This document shows positions 18,780 to 29,174 of a DNA stretch of 64,000 bases, piece by piece (the first letter of the stretch is position 1; each line of letters opens with the position of its first letter). Below the pieces are notes generated by a model. It did not search any database, had not been told where the DNA came from, and saw only the letters and a program-made list of their open reading frames with translations. The stretch comes from Acinetobacter phage ZZ1, in the sequence record NC_018087.3. The stretch is one strand, 5' to 3'. The position numbers and the translations under genes are program-made.

Positions 18780-19339
18780 TGCAAGGTATTCATTTAAATA
18801 TTGTACCGGAAACTAAACAGCTAAATGTAAACGGTAAAACTATTAAAGTCCCAAAGCTGGGACTTAAGCATAGATTACTTTTAAAGCCAAATGAAAATCA
18901 TGAAGAGTCAATGAAAACATTATTAGCTTCTATTGCTCCTAATTTATCCATGGCAGAGCGTGATCTATTAACTATACATTTACTAGCGTATAATGGTAAG
19001 ATTCCAAATACGGTCATTAAGGACGGTCATACGTATTCTATTGAAGATGTGTATATATGCCAGAAATTAAAATTCACATATGGTGATTACGAGTTCAAAT
19101 TTAGATCACCTACATTTGAACTTTTGAAAGGTCCGGCCGATATACTGCTAAGTCAATGTTGTGTATATGTTAAAAAGAATGATGAAAAAATACAAGTGCC
19201 TGATTTTATGGATTTGCCTCCATTTGTCATTAATTGGGTGGAACAAATTACAAAAACGATTGCTATTGATGGTCCAAACGGACCAATTAAAGGCCTTTAT
19301 GAATTAGTGGAGTTATTCGATGGACCAACCAGCTCGTAA
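18779..19339 (+). CDS. 28: Baseplate hub distal subunit gp28.
   Basis: 186 aa, against 177 aa in T4, syntenic, with ATGA overlap. Confidence 0.75.
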   Translation: MQGIHLNIVPETKQLNVNGKTIKVPKLGLKHRLLLKPNENHEESMKTLLASIAPNLSMAERDLLTIHLLAYNGKIPNTVIKDGHTYSIEDVYICQKLKFTYGDYEFKFRSPTFELLKGPADILLSQCCVYVKKNDEKIQVPDFMDLPPFVINWVEQITKTIAIDGPNGPIKGLYELVELFDGPTSS

Positions 19340-21077
19340 TATTAATAGCTTGCGTAGACAGGCTATTCCTGCCGCAAATGATGAAAACTTATCAGAAACT
19401 AGTTCATTACGTCGCGAAGTGCTTTTGGCCAATCAGACTAAAGCACAACAAATGCAAGCTGAAGCCGCAAATGATGAGGTAACAGAGTCTGAACGCCAAA
19501 CGGAAGCATCTGAAACCCAAGTTAAACAAAATATTGATCAAATTGTAAATCAAAAAACTCAAATTGATCAAGGTGCTATAGGTAATTTATCATTATCAGA
19601 GATTTCATCTAATACGGGTGAAATGAATATTAAATTAGCCGCTTTAAGCGAACGACTTAAAGAAAAATATGAGGCTGCTAATGATGCTACTGTTGATTTA
19701 CCGGTTAAGGCCGAAGAACCTACTACATCAGAAAGTTTAAGTAGTAGAATTTCACCCGAAGACACAAATAACAATGTTATTCCTTCAGTAGTAGCCGATG
19801 ACCCAAAGCCATCAAAAGATCTTTTAGAAAGTACCAATGAAGTTAAAGGTGCACCCTCATTAGGGCCGGCTGCAATGATTGTCTCAGGACTTCAAACTTT
19901 AACAGGTGCAGTTAAAACAGGCTTTGCTAAATCCAAATCTGTTAGTGATAAAATTGCGGGTATGCTTTTTAAATATACTGTAACTCAAGCCGTCAATGCT
20001 GCTAAAATTGCTTTGGCTGTATTTGGAATTATCTTAGCGTTAGATTTACTTAAAATGGCATGGAATGCCTGGGGCGAAAAAATAATGGCTAAGTTTGAAG
20101 AATGGACTCAAACGTTTTCTAAATGGTGGGATAATTTTAAAGAATGGTCTACATATTTTTCTGATATGAAATATGCCTTTGAGGGTATGCAAGGCGATTT
20201 AATGGGTATCAGAAATGCTTGGGAATCTGGCGATTGGCCTGCATTAGCTTCTGCAATTGGCACTGCTTTTGTGGATGGGATAAAAACTTTAAGTGGTATT
20301 ATGGATCGAGTGATAACAAAATTAATCGCTACAATTTTGAATAAACTTGGGTTTAAAGACACTGCAAAATCTATCGAAGCTGAAGGCTTGCAAAGATATC
20401 AGAATATGACTAATAATAAGTTAGACCCTGAAAATCAGCAAAAACTGGCAGAAGAACAACTTAAACGTGAAAAGAAAGACGGTCTTACTTCTACTCAAAG
20501 AGGCGTAACATCATTTTTACCAGATTCATGGCGAGAGAAACTCGGTTTTATTACTAAAAATGAGCATTCTCAAATTGAAGCTGAAAAGAAAGACCAGAAG
20601 GCTCGACAATCTCTTAGTAAAGATGATCAAGTTAAAGTGGTTGCTGCTAGTAATGAAGCCAGAGAAGCTGTGGCTAGATTAGAAAATATTGCAGTCAATG
20701 CTGATCCAAATAATAAAGGCCAAATGGCTACTTTGGATAAATACAGAAAAGAAGCTCAAAATTATATAAATAATCCTGCTTTGTCAAAATCACCTAATGT
20801 TAAAGCTGAATTACAAAATCAATTAGATCGTTTGACACCAAAACAATCTGTCAAAAATACAGTAACGCCTGAAACATCAACTGCGAGCAAAGACGTTCAA
20901 ACAGCAAAAAATATTCAAATTGCAGAAGCCCAAAAGGCTAAAACAAATGCTGTTCAGAACAATAATACAGCAAATGTTCAGAACAATATTGTTAAATCTA
21001 GTCGACAATATAATGTTCAAGCCCCTATTACAGGTACTGCGGCACCAGGTATTTTTAAGGCAACAGGTGTAAATTAA
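19320..21077 (+). CDS. 29: Baseplate hub subunit and tail length determinator gp29.
   Basis: 585 aa, against 590 aa in T4, with a coiled-coil-rich sequence, in the syntenic position. Confidence 0.8.
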   Translation: MDQPARNINSLRRQAIPAANDENLSETSSLRREVLLANQTKAQQMQAEAANDEVTESERQTEASETQVKQNIDQIVNQKTQIDQGAIGNLSLSEISSNTGEMNIKLAALSERLKEKYEAANDATVDLPVKAEEPTTSESLSSRISPEDTNNNVIPSVVADDPKPSKDLLESTNEVKGAPSLGPAAMIVSGLQTLTGAVKTGFAKSKSVSDKIAGMLFKYTVTQAVNAAKIALAVFGIILALDLLKMAWNAWGEKIMAKFEEWTQTFSKWWDNFKEWSTYFSDMKYAFEGMQGDLMGIRNAWESGDWPALASAIGTAFVDGIKTLSGIMDRVITKLIATILNKLGFKDTAKSIEAEGLQRYQNMTNNKLDPENQQKLAEEQLKREKKDGLTSTQRGVTSFLPDSWREKLGFITKNEHSQIEAEKKDQKARQSLSKDDQVKVVAASNEAREAVARLENIAVNADPNNKGQMATLDKYRKEAQNYINNPALSKSPNVKAELQNQLDRLTPKQSVKNTVTPETSTASKDVQTAKNIQIAEAQKAKTNAVQNNNTANVQNNIVKSSRQYNVQAPITGTAAPGIFKATGVN

Positions 21078-21087
21078 GGTTAATTAT

Positions 21088-22170
21088 ATGCAAGTTAAAG
21101 AGTTAACAAGTGACTTTATGGCCAAAGCCGGTAGTATTATTTCTGCCGGGCAAAGTCAAAAGTCGAAAGAAACAAAAACTAAAATTATGACCGCTCAGTT
21201 TCCAGCTGAGCGTGCTGCTAGTGTTGATACAACAAATGCTGCGGAAGTAGGACAAAATTATCAAAATGGCTTACTTTTTACTGCATACGAGTACACATCT
21301 AGAACAACACCTGATTTAAGATCAATGCGACAACGTGTTCAAAAATCATACAAAGTTTTAGAAAGTACTCAAAAAATACTTTCTGCTGTTGCGGGAGTAT
21401 CTGGCCAAACTGAAGGCCGTTCTACAAGTAAAGCACCAGTTGCAAATATTTTAATGCCTAGATCAAAAACAGATTCAGATAATACATCTCATAAATTTAA
21501 TGATGTTGGAGAATCTTTAATCACTCGTGGTAACGGTTCACCGACAGGTATTTTATCTAATATGGCATCAACTGCTGTATTTGGTGCAATTGAATCTGCA
21601 ACACAAGGCGCAATGGCTGATCATGGTGAACAAATCTATAACACATCAAGATCAATGTATGCAGGCGCTGAAAATCGTACTAAAACATATTCTTGGGATT
21701 TAACACCAAGAACACCAGAAGATTTAAGCCAAATTTTAAAGATTTATGAAATTTTTAATTATCTGTCATATGGTATGACCGGCAATTCGGCTTTTGCAAA
21801 ATCAATTAAAGATGAAATTGATAATTGGTATAAGAAGACATTTATTAAGCCAATTAATGATGCGACCGGAACAACAACACAGTCAACCGTAATGGAATCA
21901 GTTACAAGCTTTTTATCCAATGTAATTGTTGTTTCAAATCCAACAGTATGGTTTATTCAAAATTTTGGTACGCAATCAAAATATGATGGTCTTGCCGATA
22001 TTTTTGGACCAGCCCAGATTTCTAATATTAGATTTGAAAAGACATCTGATGGTAATTTTAATGGGTTGGCCATTGCACCAAATATGCCTTCAACTTTTGT
22101 GTTGGAAGTTACATTTCGTGAAATTCTTACTCTTAATAGAGCATCATTATATGGTGAGGACGTATTATGA
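21088..22170 (+). CDS. 48: Baseplate tail tube cap gp48.
   Basis: 360 aa, against 364 aa in T4, syntenic. Confidence 0.8.
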   Translation: MQVKELTSDFMAKAGSIISAGQSQKSKETKTKIMTAQFPAERAASVDTTNAAEVGQNYQNGLLFTAYEYTSRTTPDLRSMRQRVQKSYKVLESTQKILSAVAGVSGQTEGRSTSKAPVANILMPRSKTDSDNTSHKFNDVGESLITRGNGSPTGILSNMASTAVFGAIESATQGAMADHGEQIYNTSRSMYAGAENRTKTYSWDLTPRTPEDLSQILKIYEIFNYLSYGMTGNSAFAKSIKDEIDNWYKKTFIKPINDATGTTTQSTVMESVTSFLSNVIVVSNPTVWFIQNFGTQSKYDGLADIFGPAQISNIRFEKTSDGNFNGLAIAPNMPSTFVLEVTFREILTLNRASLYGEDVL

Positions 22171-23057
22171 AAAATACTGCTATTGCATTTACACTTGATG
22201 AATTCAATAATCAAATTGGTAATTTTGATTTTCAACGTACCAATATGTTTTCTATGCATTTTGCAACTCGTCCAGCATCAAAGTCACAAGAATATCTAGG
22301 TACAATTTCACAAAAATCAAATGATAGCATTATGTCTACTCTTGAGGCTATGGGAGTTACAAACGATAGTATCCAAAATGCAATTGCATCTATAATTACA
22401 ATAGGTACTCAAAAGATTGTAAGAAAATCTGGTGTAACTAAAATACTTATGGGTGCAATGACTAATCGTGTTGTTCAGTCTCTTTTAGGTGAATTAAAAG
22501 TTGGAACATATTTGCTTGATTACTTTGATCAAGCATTTCCAACATCAGGTTTAATGGTTCAATCTTGTAAAATACCTGATAACCATTTAAATTATGAAAT
22601 GGACCGTCAGCATAATGCACCCAATATCAAAATTACAGGTCGTGATTTTGAGCCTCTTGTTATAACTTTCCGTATGGATGCGACTGCATCCAACCATCGA
22701 GCAATGAATGATTGGGTAAATGCAGTTGAGGACCCTATTACTGGCCTTAGAGCTTTACCTATTGATGTAGAAGCAGATATCCAGATCAATCTACATAATA
22801 GAAAAGGATATCCTCACACGGCATATATGTTTTCTGGGTGTATTCCAATGATTGTAGGAGGTCCGCAAGTATCATATGAAGATAATAATCAAATTACAAC
22901 ATTTGACGTTACTTTTGCTTATAGATCAATGCAAGCAGGTGCAGTAGGATTAGAAGCTGCAAGAGCATGGATGGAAGACACAACTATTGATATTTCAAAA
23001 GGTCAAGTGAGCCCCAATATGAATGCAATCCCGCCACAGCAATCAAGATTGCGTTAA
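22167..23057 (+). CDS. 54: Baseplate tail tube initiator gp54.
   Basis: 296 aa, against 320 aa in T4, syntenic, with ATGA overlap with gp48. Confidence 0.8.
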   Translation: MKNTAIAFTLDEFNNQIGNFDFQRTNMFSMHFATRPASKSQEYLGTISQKSNDSIMSTLEAMGVTNDSIQNAIASIITIGTQKIVRKSGVTKILMGAMTNRVVQSLLGELKVGTYLLDYFDQAFPTSGLMVQSCKIPDNHLNYEMDRQHNAPNIKITGRDFEPLVITFRMDATASNHRAMNDWVNAVEDPITGLRALPIDVEADIQINLHNRKGYPHTAYMFSGCIPMIVGGPQVSYEDNNQITTFDVTFAYRSMQAGAVGLEAARAWMEDTTIDISKGQVSPNMNAIPPQQSRLR

Positions 23058-23082
23058 ATAAATTTAAATTGGAGAATATAAA

Positions 23083-25170
23083 ATGTTTGATCTTTTAACA
23101 GAAACTCAATTAAATGAAATTTTTGATGCGGATACACCAGGTGTCGTGTATCCTGTTGAAAATCTAACACCTAATGCAAAAGTACCACAAATGTTACATA
23201 TGAAAGTACCGGGCACTAATGATTTAATTATTAGATTGACTCATTTGGATACAATAGGTACTCGTGTAAAAGCTGTGCAGCCAAATGATAAAACAGTTCA
23301 AGTCTTTTTAATGTCATTATCAGATAAGGGCAATATTACTGATTTTAGAGGTGGTTTAGGTACTGATCCAGTTGGTGCAATTAATACAATGTTTGCAACT
23401 GTAATGGATATTTCTAAAAAATATCACTTCGAATCGGTTTTATTCAGATTCACTAGAACAAAAATGAAAGGTAAATCTGAACAGGCTAAACGTGTTTTAT
23501 CTCGTTTAATTAAGCAAAGATCAGGAGGACGATATACTACTTTAGAAGAAGTAACTCGATCGGAATCCAAAAAGTTTGATTTCGCTTTGGCTATAAAGAA
23601 AAATTCTGATTTATTAGATGATATTGCTTCTTCTGCTAAGGGATATCAAAAAGTTGAAACTAAAGCCGGTATTACATATATTAATGACAACACTGGTAAT
23701 CAAGTAACTAAAGCTGAAGTTGTCGCTGATGTATTAACATCCCAATCTGCTAAAATTACAGATCAACAAATTGCAGCAAAATCTAAAATTTCCAGACGAG
23801 CAGCATTTGATGCAATGTATAATGTCGGAACAGAATTTTCAGCTAAACGTAATGAAACTAATGAAGCGACATTCCAAGAGTTAAAAAATACTGTTCCTAT
23901 TACGCCTGCAACTCGTCCGGAATCAATAGTTTTTAGACATATTGCAAATAAAATTAAATATAAAAGTTATGCAGATTCTTTGCGTAATTGGAACCCAAAA
24001 GAAGTTAAGTACGGTCCTGGTAATTTAAATGCAGAAACATTCTTAAGCATGATGGCCGATGTTTTTAAAACCACACCTGCGAACATTTTTAAATTGTTTC
24101 AAGAACATGTCGATGCATTTGCTGATATTGTTGAGCAGACGGACCCACGAGATACAAATGCAACTGTCGTTAAAATTGCAAATTATTTTTCATCTGGTAG
24201 ATTTGCAGAATTAGATTTTGATGATAGACAAACATTAATCAAAGGCGCTGTATACACTTTTATTCATTACATTTCAAATGATATAAGAGAAGCTTATAGT
24301 GATTATACAATAGGTGAAATTTCAGCAGAAACCAAATATACTGATGAAGATATTAAAGCTATTCAGTCATATACTGGCAATCGATATGTAGAAATGAACG
24401 ACTTTTTGACTGGCAGTCGTCCAAATATTAGTCCTGCGACATTGGCTGAAATTAAAACATTAGATAATATTTTTGTGAATAAAGGTGATACTTTACCAAA
24501 AGGCACTAAAGTTTACCGCGGGATGTCAATGAAGGTTCCGCAACTTAAAACGGTTGTAGAATCAAAAATTATGTATTTTGCTAATATTGTATCCACATCA
24601 TTACTGCCTGTAATTTATAACGGGGCCTTTGCTGCAGTACATCCTACAATTGATAATGCGTCTACTGACATTACAAATTTAGATACAATTGAAGATGTAT
24701 TGGGTTCAAAATTGTATACTCCAGACGATGCATATGATTATAAACGTCATGGCGAAATTGGTAAAACTATTTCATTAGGTATGGTTATTTCAGGTGTTGA
24801 TAAAATTAACTGTATTGTTCCCGGGAATGTTTCATCATATTCTCACGAGTGCGAAGTTATGTTACCTCGCGGTACAGCAATGCGAATTATAAAGTTTATG
24901 GCGCCACCTGAAGATTCTGATGGTTGGGCTGCAACCGGTCTTATGTACTTAGATATAATTGAGCCTGATCAACTTACAGAATCAATGGAATTTATTGATG
25001 GAGATAAATTCTTAGCCGAAGGCGTTTTAGAACCTATCTCATTTAGTAATATGTTTAATACTAGACATAAAATATTAACCGAGTCATTAACACCAGATAA
25101 TGAAATGTCTAAAGATTTATTATTAAGCTGTATTAATATGAATCAAGTTCCAGATAGATTTATGCGTTAA
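23083..25170 (+). CDS. alt: Alt-type ADP-ribosyltransferase, a packaged and injected enzyme.
   Basis: 695 aa, against 682 aa in T4. The C-terminal catalytic triad is in ART order: R (VYRGMSM), STS (NIVSTSL) and ExE (ECEVMLPRG). Confidence 0.88.
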   Translation: MFDLLTETQLNEIFDADTPGVVYPVENLTPNAKVPQMLHMKVPGTNDLIIRLTHLDTIGTRVKAVQPNDKTVQVFLMSLSDKGNITDFRGGLGTDPVGAINTMFATVMDISKKYHFESVLFRFTRTKMKGKSEQAKRVLSRLIKQRSGGRYTTLEEVTRSESKKFDFALAIKKNSDLLDDIASSAKGYQKVETKAGITYINDNTGNQVTKAEVVADVLTSQSAKITDQQIAAKSKISRRAAFDAMYNVGTEFSAKRNETNEATFQELKNTVPITPATRPESIVFRHIANKIKYKSYADSLRNWNPKEVKYGPGNLNAETFLSMMADVFKTTPANIFKLFQEHVDAFADIVEQTDPRDTNATVVKIANYFSSGRFAELDFDDRQTLIKGAVYTFIHYISNDIREAYSDYTIGEISAETKYTDEDIKAIQSYTGNRYVEMNDFLTGSRPNISPATLAEIKTLDNIFVNKGDTLPKGTKVYRGMSMKVPQLKTVVESKIMYFANIVSTSLLPVIYNGAFAAVHPTIDNASTDITNLDTIEDVLGSKLYTPDDAYDYKRHGEIGKTISLGMVISGVDKINCIVPGNVSSYSHECEVMLPRGTAMRIIKFMAPPEDSDGWAATGLMYLDIIEPDQLTESMEFIDGDKFLAEGVLEPISFSNMFNTRHKILTESLTPDNEMSKDLLLSCINMNQVPDRFMR

Positions 25171-25172
25171 AA

Positions 25173-25201
25173 GAAAGGGCCCTTCATGGGCCCTTTCTTT
25201 A
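25173..25201 (+). terminator. Terminator hairpin after alt.
   Basis: gaaagggccc-ttcat-gggccctttc followed by TTT. Confidence 0.6.
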
Positions 25202-25207
25202 TAAATA
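25200..25207 (+). promoter_or_regulatory. Late-promoter core TATAAATA upstream of the alt paralogue.
   Basis: Exact octamer 23 nt upstream of the 25230 ATG. Confidence 0.45.
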
Positions 25208-25229
25208 GAATATAGCTAGGAGAAATAAC

Positions 25230-25919
25230 ATGTTATTAGAAAATATGACAATTGATCAATTAAACGAAGTTTTTGACGCCGATAATTTGGGTACAATTTA
25301 TCCCGTTCAAGATTTAACCCCAAAGGCAAAAGTACCTCAAATGCTTCATATTAAAGTGCCTGGTACTAATGATCTATTAGTTCGATTAACTCATTTGGAT
25401 ACTGTTGGGACTCGTGTAAAAGCAGTTCAACCTGGTGATAAAACCGTTCAAGTGTTTTTAATGTCACTATCTGAAAAAGGAAATATTACAGACTTTCGTG
25501 GTGGTTTAGGTACCGATCCAGTTGGTGCAATTAATACTATTTTTACAACCGTTTTAGATATTTCTAAAAAATTTAGATTTGATTCCGTATTATTCCGTAT
25601 CCCTAAAAATAAAATGAAAGGTCAAGAACGTGCGGTACAACGAGTTCTTTCAAGATTAATTAAAAATCGTTCAGGTGGTCGTTTCACAACATTAGATGAA
25701 ATTGAACGCGATGAATCAAAGAAATTTAGTTTTGTAATGGCGTATCGTAAAAATTCAGATGTTTTAGATCAAGTCCCATTATCGGATAATATTGAAAAAG
25801 TTGAGACTAAGGCAGGTGATACTTTTATTGATAAAGATACTGGAAAGCAAGTTTCTAAGGCAGAGGCGGTGGCTTCCGAAATTGTTAAAAAAGCTGAAAA
25901 GATTACAACAAAAATGTAA
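25230..25919 (+). CDS. Alt N-terminal-domain paralogue as a stand-alone ORF.
   Basis: 229 aa. About 75% identical to Alt residues 1-215 (LTPKAKVPQMLHIKVPGTNDL.VRLTHLDTVGTRVKAVQP.DKTVQVFLMSLSEKGNITDFRGGLGTDPVGAINT...). It ends with a TAA. Confidence 0.8.
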   Translation: MLLENMTIDQLNEVFDADNLGTIYPVQDLTPKAKVPQMLHIKVPGTNDLLVRLTHLDTVGTRVKAVQPGDKTVQVFLMSLSEKGNITDFRGGLGTDPVGAINTIFTTVLDISKKFRFDSVLFRIPKNKMKGQERAVQRVLSRLIKNRSGGRFTTLDEIERDESKKFSFVMAYRKNSDVLDQVPLSDNIEKVETKAGDTFIDKDTGKQVSKAEAVASEIVKKAEKITTKM

Positions 25920-25987
25920 TTTCAAAAACTAAAGTAAGTAAGCAAGCTTTAATCGCAGCCCTTTATGGTGAAATCGAAACTATTAAA

Positions 25988-27379
25988 ATGAGTACCGCTG
26001 CTCTTGAAGTTTTTAATGATTTACAATCAACAGCAGAACCTTTATCATCAAAAGGTGTAGAACTTTCAAAAGGCGTTTCTATGGCTGAAAGTTCAATGAA
26101 GAATAGTTTAACTACTTTATCATATAATCTTGAGCGAGTTTCTCAAGTTGGCCGTGATCAACGTTTTGTGAATCACCCTGCGACTAATTTGGTAACTCAT
26201 GTTGAGTATCAATTAGCAAGCAATATTGGTTGGCCGATGGCTGAAGCGGAATCATTTGGTCGCTATCTATTGGGTCGAATTTCAGATGTTTTACGTAAAG
26301 CAAAACCGCTTCAATTAAATAATGCATTTAAAGATATCGCAACGGCTGCCTTAGAACATGAAGGATTTAGAAAATTAACTCTTGCACAACGTTTAGATGT
26401 TATTGCACCTATTGTGACTTATATTATTTATGATACATCAGAAGATATGTCTAGAGTTGTTTCACGATCGCCTAATTTGTATGGCACTGCAAAATGGTCT
26501 CAGGCTCAAGCAGAAGTTGTTAAAAATTATTGTGATACGTCATATGACTTAATTAATGGTTTCTTGCGAGGTATTAATAACCCAGGTTCGCCTAAACGTC
26601 TGTATGAATTGGTTGAAACTATGGACTCAGTATTTGAAGAGCATGGGATTCGTCTTAAGAAAGGCACATTATTATACCGTGGCCAAAAATTAACAAAGCA
26701 AGATTTTGTTAAAACTATGGAAAATAAAATGTTCTATTTCCGAAATTATGTTTCCACTTCAATGACTCCAATCATTTATGGTATATCGCAATTTGGTGAA
26801 GGTAGTATTGCTGCAATGTTAGCTGATAATCCAACTAACGCAGATACGCATACACCTGAAGAAATTGTTCAATCTGCTCAAGGTGAAGTTTCACCTCAAG
26901 ATGAACTTATGAATATGACATATTATGGTGAGCGTGAAGTTCCAAGTATTTCATATATTATTTCGGGTGCGGATAAACTTAAAGTGATTATCCCAGGTTC
27001 ATTAGCCGAATATTATGATGAACAGGAAGTTATTCTTCCTCGAGGTACAGTCATTAAGTATAATACTGTAATAGGTGGAAACCTTGATAAAACTGCCGAT
27101 GGTTCTGCTCTATTAAAAAATATTATAGTTGAAGCCGAAGTTTTAGATCCATCTTTATTAAAAGAATCTGTTGTTTATGATGGCGATCTTTTCATGGAAA
27201 CAGGTGAAATGGTTGCAGTTGATTTAATTACAGAAGATGTGGCAGAAGTTACGGAATCACCATCTAATTCCTTTTCAGCACAATTCCGTAAACCAAGATT
27301 CGAAAATGAGTCTAATGAAATTTTACAAGCTTTATCTGCAATAGCATTTAAAAATATTAAACCTAAATTTATTAGCTAA
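25988..27379 (+). CDS. Alt-like ADP-ribosyltransferase catalytic protein, the C-terminal part of a second alt copy.
   Basis: 463 aa with R (LLYRGQKL), STS (YVSTSMT) and ExE (EQEVILPRG). The region SYDLINGFLRG parallels Alt's RYVEMNDFLTG. It begins 68 nt after the previous ORF in a different frame. Confidence 0.8.
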   Translation: MSTAALEVFNDLQSTAEPLSSKGVELSKGVSMAESSMKNSLTTLSYNLERVSQVGRDQRFVNHPATNLVTHVEYQLASNIGWPMAEAESFGRYLLGRISDVLRKAKPLQLNNAFKDIATAALEHEGFRKLTLAQRLDVIAPIVTYIIYDTSEDMSRVVSRSPNLYGTAKWSQAQAEVVKNYCDTSYDLINGFLRGINNPGSPKRLYELVETMDSVFEEHGIRLKKGTLLYRGQKLTKQDFVKTMENKMFYFRNYVSTSMTPIIYGISQFGEGSIAAMLADNPTNADTHTPEEIVQSAQGEVSPQDELMNMTYYGEREVPSISYIISGADKLKVIIPGSLAEYYDEQEVILPRGTVIKYNTVIGGNLDKTADGSALLKNIIVEAEVLDPSLLKESVVYDGDLFMETGEMVAVDLITEDVAEVTESPSNSFSAQFRKPRFENESNEILQALSAIAFKNIKPKFIS

Positions 27380-27380
27380 A

Positions 27381-27408
27381 GAAAAGGGAGCCTTATGGCT
27401 CCCTTTCT
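27381..27408. terminator. Bidirectional terminator (AAGGGAGCC-ttat-GGCTCCCTT).
   Basis: Read directly. It lies between the plus-strand alt block and the minus-strand ligase block. Confidence 0.65.
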
Positions 27409-27614
27409 TATACAATATGTAAAATCCGATGGACCATAGTATGGCCTAAATCTTCATTTTTAATTAAATTTTTTGCAAATTTATCTCGTTGTTCCAATGA
27501 TTCAAAATTTAATTGTGTAACAGCCACACTAGTTGACACTGTAGTGTTATTGGTTACACCTGTTCGTATTATTTTGGCATGAACTTCTAAAATTGCTGTA
27601 CACATTTTACTCAC
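27408..27614 (-). CDS. Hypothetical small protein downstream of the ligase.
   Basis: 68-aa ORF. Its start overlaps the ligase stop region. Confidence 0.3.
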   Translation of the reverse strand: MSKMCTAILEVHAKIIRTGVTNNTTVSTSVAVTQLNFESLEQRDKFAKNLIKNEDLGHTMVHRILHIV

Positions 27615-29115
27615 CTATTACATTCATTGCATCAGGGAATACATCTACAAGGGTATTTGTATCGGTTTTATCTCGGCGAAGTTTAAGAATAATTGGTAAG
27701 AATAAACTCACATGATCTTTACGACCTTCTGCAGTAATCCATCCATTGCATTTAATTTCAGCAATAGTTCCAATTAATTCTTCAGACATTACCATTAGTT
27801 TTGTGCGATTTAGTTCATCTAATTCATCAAATGGGATGTCAATCCATTCGCCTTTAACTTTAATGGCATTTGTATCTGTAAACCCTGAACCACATTTAAC
27901 TCGGATTAAATTATCATCAGATAGTAATAAAACAGCGCCAACTTTAGATGGGTCTTTAGAATATTCAACTACACCGACAATACGCAAATCGATTGTAATT
28001 TCTTCTTTAAACTTAACTTGGTTTTTAGATCGTTTGTTTTCCCAAAGACCAAATGTATTTTTAAGAATAATACCTTCAAGGCCTTGCTCAACATATGATT
28101 TATAGATTTCACGAGCTTCATCTACATTATTAACAATTGTACTTTCAATTAAAATAACACGACGAGATTTATGAGCTAACTCGGTTAATTGCTGGAATCT
28201 GACCGAATATTCTAAAGACTTTTCGCCATCATAAATTACTTTTAACGGCACTAAATCCCATACTTGGAAGCTCATTGATGCGGCTTCTTGTTTACTAATT
28301 GTGCCTTTAAGAGATTTATTTGCGATACCATTTGATTCAGAACGTAATGCAACAACAGCTTTACTTTCTTTATCTGATACAACTTGGGCGGTGCCTGTGA
28401 CTTCTTCGTTATCCATCATCCACTCGATACCAACAGCTTGATTACCAGTATCTTTTGAAGCAAAGTAAACCAATTCACCATCAACCATACATGGTCCATG
28501 TACTTCACGGAAAGCTCGGGTCATTGAGATTAAATCGGATTTTAAAATATCCAAGCCGAGATATTCATTACCGGCGCGTGAAAATAATTTTACATCTTCA
28601 AGATTATCTCCGCGGATTTCAGCAAAACAGCGTGCACCATCTGCTTTTAATTGTGCATATGCTGGATATTTAATTTCAGCCAATGCTTTCGCAGACATAG
28701 AAGACGCAAGCATTTGAGGTTGTTTTGGAATTAAACCTTTCCAAACTTTGTTTGCAATTGTGGCACCAGCCCCAATATCTAAATCACGTGCAATGACACG
28801 TTCAACTACAATTGCGTCTGCTTCCGGTAAAGAGCTTAGACAATCTGCTAACATTGCAATAGCCGCATTTCCTGTTACTTGACGTGTTGCAATTACTTGT
28901 TCTAAAATATTAAGAACATCGTCTAAACTACGTTCGGTATCTGATCCTTGTACATCATAAAATGGAATTTTCTTAATACCGTATTGTAGACGAGGATGGT
29001 ACGCCATACGGAATACACGCTTAAAAATATCATTTTTCGCATATTCTTTAATAATTTCTTGCTTTTGATTTGTCGAATCTGTTGCAGCAATTTCATTTAA
29101 AATATCTAAAATCAT
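27607..29115 (-). CDS. 30: ATP-dependent DNA ligase gp30.
   Basis: 502 aa. Collinear with T4 gp30, including the adenylation motif region FAQLKADGARCFAEVRGD, plus SRAGNEYLGLD and GLEGIILKN. Confidence 0.95.
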   Translation of the reverse strand: MILDILNEIAATDSTNQKQEIIKEYAKNDIFKRVFRMAYHPRLQYGIKKIPFYDVQGSDTERSLDDVLNILEQVIATRQVTGNAAIAMLADCLSSLPEADAIVVERVIARDLDIGAGATIANKVWKGLIPKQPQMLASSMSAKALAEIKYPAYAQLKADGARCFAEIRGDNLEDVKLFSRAGNEYLGLDILKSDLISMTRAFREVHGPCMVDGELVYFASKDTGNQAVGIEWMMDNEEVTGTAQVVSDKESKAVVALRSESNGIANKSLKGTISKQEAASMSFQVWDLVPLKVIYDGEKSLEYSVRFQQLTELAHKSRRVILIESTIVNNVDEAREIYKSYVEQGLEGIILKNTFGLWENKRSKNQVKFKEEITIDLRIVGVVEYSKDPSKVGAVLLLSDDNLIRVKCGSGFTDTNAIKVKGEWIDIPFDELDELNRTKLMVMSEELIGTIAEIKCNGWITAEGRKDHVSLFLPIILKLRRDKTDTNTLVDVFPDAMNVIGE

Positions 29116-29174
29116 TTAGAACTCCAAGTTAATAGGGACATATACATTTTAACATATAAATTTGTACAGCAAGA

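Noticed and set aside
25898-25987. Possibility that the alt-paralogue N- and C-ORFs are joined by a simple frameshift.
   Set aside because: The downstream frame is closed by a TGA at 25895-25897 and the upstream frame ends with a TAA at 25917-25919. The frames overlap for only about 7 codons, with no homopolymer or slippery site. A single slip does not obviously fuse them, so they are kept as two ORFs. This remains flagged in the findings for read-level verification.
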